Assembly (NCBI GenBank): GCA_951406725.2
Contig: OX597836.1
Location: 46,066,001-46,130,000, forward strand
Source of the DNA: Octopus vulgaris
Taxonomy: Eukaryota
Reading direction: 5' to 3'
Length of the DNA: 64,000 bases
The translations under genes were made by a program, and so were the position numbers. Below the pieces are notes generated by a model that had not been told where the DNA came from, ran no database searches, and saw only the letters and a program-made list of their open reading frames with translations. Positions 53,050 through 64,000 of this stretch are shown here, one piece after another (position 1 is the first letter of the stretch; the number at the start of each line of letters is the position of its first letter).

Positions 53050-54525
53050 GTGGGCCATCTTGTCATATTACAAAGACCGCACTTGCCACTACCGTTGGTA
53101 TAAGGTTTACACCTGGCTTAGATCTTCTAGTAAATTCTGTAGTGGACACCTTGTTCTTTTAAGAACCATATATAACTGGATAATTTGGTAGTTTTTCGTT
53201 TATTCTGGTGTGATTGTTGAACCTTGCTTTGAAATTTCCCTCTGTGAGATCCACATATCTCTTGGATGAAACTGTATTATTAACGTTCGTAGAATTTACG
53301 GTGGCTTCATAAATAATGGCCCCGGTCATACAGGGTCCATTTAGCGAGAACAAACCTTTATCCCTGCAGGAAAAGCCGGCTTCGTGTTACTATGTTGCAT
53401 TGTGTGTAATTATGTTTTTAAAGCTTGGGGTTGAACTAAAACTAATTTTTAGGTTATGCCTATTAAAGTGTTTTCTATATTCATGATGCGTTGGAAAATA
53501 TCTATCTATAAGTGATAAGAAATATTTACCTATATTAAAGGTCACTTCGGGGGAGTAAGGGGGTGTGAACTAGATAATTTTCCTCTGTCTATGTTTTCTA
53601 ATCCTTATTTCTGGCCTAATAGTAGGTGTGTAAGTTATTTCCTCTTTAAATTCACTAGCTTTAAGGGCATTGTTATATAGTGGGGCAGCATTATTAAATA
53701 TGTTTATATTGGAAGAGAGGCTAGAAATTATCCCACTAATATTCTTAACTAAATCCTTAAATACTTATGGGGGAAGGCAGGAACCTAAATTAATACAACT
53801 AAGTCTATCGTTGGGCTTTCTATAGAGTTTACTCTTTACTCTTTAACTTGTTTCAGTCATTTGACTGCGGCCATGCTAGAGCACCGCCTTTAATCGAGCA
53901 ACTCTACCCTCGGACTTATTCTTTTTTGTAAGCCCAGTACTTATATTATCGGTCTCTTTTGCCGAAGTGCTAAGTAACGGGGACATAAACACACCAGCAT
54001 CGGTTGTCAAGCAATGCTAGGGGGGACAAACACAGACATACACAAACATACACACACATATATATATACATATATACGACGGGCTTCTTTCAGTTTCCGT
54101 CTACCAAATCCACTCACAAGGCCCGAGACTATAGTAGAAGACACTTCTCCAAGGTGCCACGCAGTGGGACTGAACCCGGAACCATGTGGTTGGTAAACAA
54201 GCTACTTAACACACAGTCACTCCTTATCTAGAGATAAGTCAAAGAAATTGACAACCGTCAGGTTGGTATCTATTGTTATGCTAAGATTGGGATGTTTTCA
54301 TAAGATGGATAATATCCTTCCTTAACCGATCTTGCGCTGGTCCACTGGTGTTCTTAGCTATACCTAGAGCATCGTCCTTATAAATGGCGAAAAATACACC
54401 AGGAAAAACTTTTCCTAACGTGTCAAGCAGGAACAGCCCAATGAGATCGCATATGCCTGCTCCATCATAGGACCCCATGCTTACATCGAAAGAACCCTCG
54501 GTGTCTGCCGTCTTGATCCACTCTA
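53050..54525 (-). mobile_element. Penelope-like element (Naiad-type) RT plus GIY-YIG fragment, interrupted by SINE A
   Basis: FDVSMGSYDGAGICDLIG, IYKDDAL, SCR..LNGPC..IIYEATV, YVDLTEGNFKARFNNH, LSSYIWFLKE, KCGLC. Confidence 0.8.
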
Positions 54526-55026
54526 GCAAGAATACCCGGCGTTCCTCGAGAATAAAATGGCATAGTTTTTTCTATTGTTTTACTTGTTTTTGTTATGTCA
54601 CTGCGGCCATGCTGGATCGTTACCTTTAGTTGAAGAAATAGACATCAGAATTTATTCTTTGTACGTCTGGTACTTATTCTACTGGTTTGTTTTGCCAAAT
54701 TGTTATGTCACGGAGACGTAAACACAGCAACATCGGTTGGGTAGAAACACTGACACACACACACACTCACACACACACACACACACGCACGCACACACTC
54801 ACGCATATATATACATACATATATTTATATACATGCATAATGTATACATATATAAATATACATATATATATATATATATATACACATATATATACATATA
54901 TGTATATATACATATGTATTCGTATATGGAGGCGAAGTGGCCCAGGGGCTAGCGCAACGGACTCGCAGTTTCGATTCCCAGAATGGGCGTTATGGGTGTT
55001 TATTGAGTGAAGACACCTAAAACTCC

Positions 55027-55062
<36 letters not shown>

Positions 55063-55267
55063 AATAAATAAATCTTGCTATCATTCCTAGGGGACCTATG
55101 ACAACAGGTATTGTTTTAGTTTTGAAGTTCTATATTTTGATCTTTATACTTACTCAGTTTTTGGTAGGTCTTGGTAAATACATTTATAATAATATTAATA
55201 ATAATAATAAATAATAATAATAATAATAATAACAATAACAATAATAATAACGATAATAATAATAACG

Positions 55268-55321
<54 letters not shown>

Positions 55322-55429
55322 TAATATTATACAACATACACACACAATATACATGGTGCACAGTTACAATATTTTATAACACCTTACAACTGACGCAATA
55401 TACAATTCTTGTTATGTATATATATATAC

Positions 55430-55482
<53 letters not shown>

Positions 55483-55489
55483 TATATAC

Positions 55490-55569
<80 letters not shown>

Positions 55570-56235
55570 TATATTTATATATCACTTTACCGAATCCGGT
55601 AATAAGAGCCCCTAACTACCCTTACTACACACACCTTAACACACAATATATGTACTACTCCCCACAATGCTTAGTCAACACTATTTACCAATCATCCTCC
55701 TGCTGACAATAAATCTACCGACGACGTTTCCTTTCGTTCCATCACATATTTTTCTCCTTTAATTGAACTCATTGGCCTTTGTGAACTAATTCTGACTATT
55801 TTCTACGCGCAATTCTTTTGCTGTTCGTTCTCCACTGAAGCATAACCATGTGTTTATATATATATATATATACAATATACATATATAATATGTGTGTGTG
55901 TAGATCATACATGTTGCCTCTCATTCTTAATTGCTTTCTCCTCGCTTTTCTTTTATTTCCTTCATGTTCCAAAACTCCACGCTTTTTCTCTCTTTGTCGC
56001 TTGAAAGAGCAAATACAAAAGGAGACATTCTGAGTAGCAACAAAGTAAAGCATCGCCTTTAAACAAACCCACAGACCCCCCCCAACCACACACATATACA
56101 TGTACATACATATATACATACATATATGCATACATACATACATATATATACACACACATACAGATATACGTATATATTTTAATAGGAATTGATATATATA
56201 TATATAAAAGAATGAAAGGGTATATATATGTATAC

Positions 56236-56290
<55 letters not shown>

Positions 56291-56332
56291 TATATATATA
56301 TATGTATGTATATATATATATATGTATATGTA

Positions 56333-57618
56333 TTGGGTGGTCCGGAAAGTTCGTGCCGATTTAGAGTAGCTTACCTTTCGACTTAATTTAGAACATGGTT
56401 GAGTCCATAAAACAGGATTTGACTACACCTCCATTTAAAGCACAGTTTAAGCTATCTTTTCGTAGAAGAAGGTTTATATTCCTATAACATGTGTTAATTC
56501 TGAAACCCTTTAAATTGGAAGATAAGAAATTTCATTTTCGGCACTTGATGCTTTTCTTTTTCCGTAAAGGGGAAAATACCTCACAAGCAACCAAAGAAAT
56601 GTGAGCAGTTTACGATGATGTTTCTTTATCCGAAAGAACTGTACGGAAGTGGTTCGCAATGTTCCTAGCTGGAGATTGTAATCTCATTGATAAAGAGCGA
56701 TCAGACAGACCATCCACTACAGATGATGTCCAAATCAAGTCATTAATTGAAAATAACCCACATTGCACAACCCAAGAATTGGCAGAAAGCTTCAATCTAT
56801 CAAAATCCGTCGTTCATGAGCACCTGCTAAAGCTTGGGTACACAAATCGCTACGATGTTTGGATACCACATGAGTTGAGTGAGAAGAACCTTTTGGATCG
56901 CATTTCCATCTGTGATTCGCTTTATAAACAGAATGAAAACGTGACTTTTTTTAAAGCAAATTGTGACAGGTGATGAGAAATGGATTATCTACCGAAATGT
57001 TCAGAGAAATCAATCCCGGAGTAAGCGACATGAACCACCCTTAGCCACCCCGAAAGTGGGTCTTCACCCTAAAAAAGTCTTGCTTTGTGTCTGGTGGGAT
57101 TGGACAGAAATTCTGTACTATGAGCTTCTCTCAAGTAACCAGACAATTAATTCTGAGAAATACTGCACACAACTAAACGAGTTAAAAGCAGCAATTCAAG
57201 AGAAACGTCCAGAATTGGCCAACAGGAAGGGTGTTGTTTTCCAACATGATAATGCAAAATCGCATGTTTCTTTGGGAACCAAGCACAAATTGCTGCAGCT
57301 CGGCTGGGATGTGTTACCCAACCCTCCATATTCACCAGATATTGCTCCTTCTGGTTTCCACTTATTCAGGTCTCTGCAGAATAGTCTTAATGGTGAAAAT
57401 TTTCAATACCTTGGATGACGTAAAAAGATACCTTGATGAATTCTTTGCCATGAAACCACCTCAATTCTGGGAAGAGGGTATTTTCAAGTTAAAGGAAAGA
57501 TGGAGATGCATTGTGCGACAAAATGGTTCATAATTGGTTGATTAAAAATGTAATGGCAAGTATTTATTGACCTTTTTCTTTCCTCTAAAAATCGGCACGA
57601 ACTTTCCGGACAACCCAA
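56333..57618 (+). mobile_element. Full-length (1286 bp) mariner transposon with inactivated transposase
   Basis: 30-bp TIRs ttgggt(g/t)gtccggaaagttcgtgccgattt with one mismatch; TA flanks. Confidence 0.95.
56515..57533 (+). pseudogene. Mariner DD34D transposase pseudogene
   Basis: HFRHLMLFFFRKG, WIPHEL, TGDEKW, HDNA, YSPDIAPSG (third Asp lost); start is TTG, one stop, two frameshifts. Confidence 0.92.
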
Positions 57619-57727
57619 TATATGTATATGTATATGTATATATGCATATATATGTGTATTTATGCGTATATATATGTATATGTGTAAATATATACATCCA
57701 AATATATATATATATATATATAGACAT

Positions 57728-57762
<35 letters not shown>

Positions 57763-58753
57763 CCACGGGTTTCTTTCAGATTCCGTCAACCAAATCCACT
57801 CTCAAGGCTTTAGTCGGCCAGAAGCTCTTGCTCAAGGTGCCACGCAGTAGGACTGGACCCAGAACCATGTGGTTGCTAAGCAAGCTACTTACCAAGCAAC
57901 CATTCCTGCGCCTACATATATGTAGCCGTATTTCGTCTGTCGTTACGTTCCGAGTTCAAATTCCGCCGAGGTCGACTTTGCCTTTCATCCTTTCGGGGTC
58001 GATAAATTAAGTACCAGTTACGCACTGTGGTCGATGTAATCGACTTAATCCCCTTGTCTGTCCTTGTTTGTCTCCTCTGTGTTTGGCCCTTTGTAGTAAA
58101 GAAATATATATATATATATATGTATGTACGAGCAAAACGCCCCCCCCCCGTCCAATGGATGGTGCTGAATTGTCAAAAATTTAAACCAAATTTTCGCAAA
58201 ACAACTTGTCCGACCGTCTCATAGGCCTCCCCTTTGAGAAACACTGATTTAATCTAAATTTGAGACACCAGCAAAAGAAGAAATAAAGATAGACTTTTTT
58301 TCTGCTCCGAGAAAAACGATTTTACAAATGCACCTTCCCACGGCTTTATCGATCGCATTCTCACCTGGAATCGATTTTTGTAATGTTTTCAAGACTTATA
58401 CACGCCCTGATACTGTCGGTATCTACATATCGAATTTAACCGCAATCGGATGGAGGATGCCCGAGATCCTAGAAGACACAGACAGATAGAACGGATTTTA
58501 TATAATATATATATATATTTCATTACTACCCACAAGGGGCTAAACACAGAGGGGACAAACAAGGACAGGCAAATGGATTAAGTCGATTACATCGACCCCA
58601 GTGCGTAACTGGTACTTAATTTATCGACCCCGAAAGGATGAAAGGCAAAGTCGACCTCGGCGGAATTTGAACTCGGAACGTAACGACAGACGAAATACCG
58701 CTAAGCATTTCGCCCGGAGTGCTAACGTTTGTGCTAGCTCACCGCCTTTTATT

Positions 58754-58803
<50 letters not shown>

Positions 58804-58844
58804 GTATGCATGTATGTATGTATGTATGTATATATGTATGTATG

Positions 58845-58896
<52 letters not shown>

Positions 58897-60367
58897 TACA
58901 CACACTCACACACTCACACACACACATTATAAGCGTGCGTCGCTTTTATTGGTCCACCTGTTCACTTTCGTGTAAAGGGAAGAAACTATTTCATCCTTGA
59001 AATTCTATTTATTTTGTAGTCATGGAAGAGTGAAATTCGTAGAATTCCAACGGCATTTTATCTTTTCTATCTAATCCGGATCTCTTCTGAGTCGTGTTGT
59101 TCAATCTAAGATTATTTGGGGCGAAAGACAATGACTCATAGACATTGAAACAATGCTCGGATCATTGTTTCTCCACAAATCAGAAAGAAGAAAAAAGAAC
59201 AGAGAGGAGGAGAGAGATGGAGAGAGGGACAGAAGTGGACAGAGGTGGAGAGAGGGAGAGAGGGAGAGAGGAAAGAGGGAGGAGAGTGAGACAGAGAAAG
59301 ACGGAGAGTGGTGAGAAAGACAGAGAGAGGGGGGAGAGAAGCAGAGGGAGGGGAATGAGATAGAGAGAGACAGAGAGAGGGGAGTGAGATAGAGAGAGAC
59401 AGAGAGAGGGGAGTGAGATAGAGAGAGACGGAGAGAGAGAGGAGAGAGAAGCAGAGGGAGGGGAATGAGATAGAGAAAGACAGAGAGAGAGCGAAGAGAA
59501 GCAGAGAGAGGAGCGAGTGACAGAGAAAATGGGAGAGAGAGGGGTTGGTGGGAAAGAGGGTGAGAGAGGAGTGGGTTGGAGATGGCGTGGCTAATAGAGG
59601 AGGGAGGGGAGCGACCACTTCCCCAGCGATCACCCGAGGCTATAGAAGAAGACACTTGCCTAAGGTGCCACGCAGTGGGACTGAACCCGGAACTATGTGG
59701 TTGGTAAGCAAGCACACAGCCACTCCTATGCTTATGAATTAAAAAAAAAAAACTCTTTAGTTCATCTGTACGATAAAAGTCGAATCTCTCTTTTGTTGTA
59801 AATTACGTGACCTTGAAAAAACTTTCTGAAGTTATGACTCCACCCGTGGTTTTTGAAATGTCTGCACAATCTCATGTGATGTGTTGGTGGTCGCTGACCC
59901 ATGACGAACCAAACCAAACACTGACGTCATAACCACTCGACACTGGACGACCCCGTAGAGTTCCATCTTTTTTCACGTCACACCTTTGTTAGTAGTTTGT
60001 TGCAGAAACATGGAATTGGTGAATGCAGAATACAATTACGTATATTAAGATTCTTTTATTCTTTTACTTGTTTCAGTCATTTGACTGCGGCCATGCTGGA
60101 GCACCGCCTTTAGTCGAGCAAATCGACCCCAGGACTTATTCTTTGTAAGCCTAGTACTTATTCTATCGGCCTCTCTTGCCGAACCGCTAAGTTACGGGGA
60201 TGCAAACACACCAGCATCGGTTGTCAAGCGATGTTGTGGCGACAAACACAAACACACACATGTATATATATATATATTTTCTGCTGCTTAAAATAAAGCA
60301 TATTACTCTACCACTGGTATTTGAGTACTCTTTTTTCCACCTTGTTTCACATTTATGTGTTTACTCC

Positions 60368-60433
<66 letters not shown>

Positions 60434-62155
60434 TATGACGGGCTTCTTTCAGTTTCCGGCTACCAAATCCACTCACAAGGCTTTGGTCAGCCCGAGGCTA
60501 TAGTAGAAGACACTTGCCCAAGGTGCCACGCAGTGGGACTGAACCCGGAACCATGTGGTTGGTAAGCAAGCTACTTACCACACAGCCACTCCTGCGCCTG
60601 TAATGAAATATTTCGCGTAATATAAGAGAAATGAATTAAAAATTGTTTGGTATGTGTCACGGCGCCTATTTTTTATTTGTTCTCTCCCACTAACTTTACA
60701 ATCTAGCAACGCTACTGGTTTCGGCCTTAATTTTCTGAGTGTATATCTGTTAAATCGAACTGCTTCATGTCCTTCTGTATATTACTTCCCCCAACAGAAA
60801 GCTAGAGACCGACGTGACACATTAGCCTTAATCAATGGTTTCCAAAGTGGGCAGTATTGCCAGCTTGGGTGAGCTGGCAGAAACGTTAGCACGCCGGGCG
60901 AAATGCTTAGCGGTATTTCGTCTGTGTTACGTTGTGAGTTCGAATTCCGCCGAGGTCGACTTTGCCTTTCATCCTTTCGGGGTCGATAAATCAAGTACCA
61001 GTTACGCACTGGGGTCGATGTAATCGACTTAATACCTATGTCTGCCCTTGTTTGTCCCCTCTGTGTTTGGCCCCTTGTGGGTAATAAAGAAATAGGAAAG
61101 TACCAAGGGGGCAATACTTTTGAAGAAAAGTGGGGCGATAATGGGATAGCGATTCATGTAAAGACAACAAAATAATGGGTTCGTTAGGTCAAGGTTTATT
61201 TGTGAAATTCTATCGCTTTCAATTTGCTTCAGAAAGGGGTCTATGCTTGTGATCTACGAACTTCTACAGAAAGGGACACAGAAGAAACAAGGAGAGAAAA
61301 AAATGTGTGTAGTGGCTAACAAATATATATATTTATGCACACACACATACACACACGCACATGTAAGGGCGCGTGACCTAGTGGTTAGGGTGTCGCGCTC
61401 ACGGTCGCTACATCATGGTTTCGATTCCCGGGCAGGATAGGTCGTTGTGTTCTTGAGCAAAGCACTCCATTTCACTTCAGTTCCAGTTCACTCAACTGTA
61501 AATGGGTAATCTTCTGACGGAATAGCCTTCGGATCACGGGAAATGTTGACCAGGTCACCTAGCGAGCAGGCGGGGAGGGGGGGTCATTCGAAATCTACAA
61601 CAACGCGAAACGTTTTGTGACCAGCGACATCCGACAGTCTGGTCGATACAGTGATGTATGTATGTATGTATGTATGTATTTATGTATGTATGTATGTATG
61701 TATGTATGTATGTATGCATGCATGTATGTATGTATGTATGTGTGTATGTATGTATGTATGCATGTATGTATTTATACATGCATGTATTTATGTATGTATG
61801 TATGTATGTATGTATGTATGTATGTATGTATGTATGTATTTATGCATGTATGTGTGTATGTATGTATGTGTGTGTATGTATATCTATATCTACCTATTCA
61901 CACACACACACACACATATAACGTTTGTAGAAATACATAACTCCGGATGAGAAGCACACTCTAAGATGTAGGGCAGTTAATATTATAGTGGGCTAGGCCG
62001 GTTTATGGGGTTGCCCTGGGTTTCTCGTTCATAAGGGCTTTAGCCTTACGGCGTATCTTCAGATCCCAAACACTACTGGCCTGAGACCTCTTTAAATATA
62101 GAGTGAGGAAAGCCTCGTTTTTACAGGTAAAACCCTAGGTGATTATCTCCCTTTG

Positions 62156-62731
<576 letters not shown>

Positions 62732-62757
62732 TACATATATACATATATACGTACATG

Positions 62758-62837
<80 letters not shown>

Positions 62838-62903
62838 TCTACATATATATCTATATACATATATAGATATATAGATATATACATACATATACATACATAT
62901 TAC

Positions 62904-62937
<34 letters not shown>

Positions 62938-63010
62938 GGAAAGATAAAAAGATAGACAGATATGTACACACATATACTCATATATATATACATGTATGTA
63001 TGTATGTATG

Positions 63011-63053
<43 letters not shown>

Positions 63054-63071
63054 TCACATACATACATGCAC

Positions 63072-63124
<53 letters not shown>

Positions 63125-63664
63125 TGTACACACCTGTGTCATTCTCTCTCTCTCTCTCTCTCTGTGCACACACACACACATGTATATAATACATACATGA
63201 GTGTATGGACTTATATGTGTGTGTGCGACTGAGTGTGCGTGTGTAAAAGACAGACGCGAAGCGACGCAGTGAGTGAGATAGATGTGACAGTGACAGCTGC
63301 ATTGACTGTTGACAGCAAAGTGCTTGTTTTGTTCTCGCCATTGTTGTATTCAATTGGGAGGGTGTTGGGTGGTCGGTGGCGGAGTGGCGGCAGCGGCGGC
63401 GGCAGGGGAGTGTTGTGCAAATGTGGGAGGAACGACAGCAACAACAACAGCAACAGCAACAACAATAACAGGAACGATAACAACAATAGAAACAATAATG
63501 GCAGCAACAACAACGGCAGCAACTGCAGCAGCAGTAATATCAGTAGTAGCACCAGTAGCAAAAGCAACAAAAAGCAACAACAACAACAAAAATAACGAAA
63601 GAATTTGAGTAGAAACTTACAACTCTTTAATTCGGGAAAATAGAACCATGACACTATTTTACAA

Positions 63665-63732
<68 letters not shown>

Positions 63733-63733
63733 C

Positions 63734-63826
<93 letters not shown>

Positions 63827-63838
63827 CATAAATATATG

Positions 63839-63875
<37 letters not shown>

Positions 63876-63960
63876 GATATATATATATATATATATATGT
63901 ATATTATATATATGTATATATATGTATATGTATATATATGTATATGTATATGTATGTATA

Positions 63961-64000
<40 letters not shown>

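Noticed and set aside
55910-56002. Possible upstream exon of the Tctex1 gene on minus
   Set aside because: Splice sites plausible but weak; nothing else supports it
63233-63608. Gly/Asn/Ser-rich ORF as a coding exon
   Set aside because: Trinucleotide-repeat composition, no domain and no clear splice sites

Overview
AT-rich, microsatellite-dense eukaryotic DNA. The tRNA-derived SINE families look like those of an octopus (coleoid cephalopod); this is inferred from the repeats, not from a search. Two protein-coding genes are supported. One is a spliced mitochondrial methionine aminopeptidase (METAP1D-like, + strand, six coding exons, 1295-11846; the first exon is not found and probably lies upstream of the window). 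The other is a Tctex1-domain dynein light chain on the - strand (48726-49133). The rest is mostly transposon debris: several SINE families, fragments of RTE, R4/Dong, Tx1 and CR1 LINEs, Penelope-like elements (PLEs) of two types, a full-length decayed mariner, hAT/Tc/piggyBac-type MITEs and Helitron-type elements. The main hidden signal is about a dozen hammerhead-ribozyme (HHR) motifs read by eye. They include a canonical HHR in a METAP1D intron that is paired with its own antisense copy, a sense HHR in the putative Tctex1 intron, a type III HHR, and an ultra-minimal HHR tail shared by different PLE types. A degenerate second copy of the METAP1D terminal exon may also be present. Nearly all long ORFs in the supplied track are microsatellite artefacts. 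All structures were folded by eye and none has been tested.
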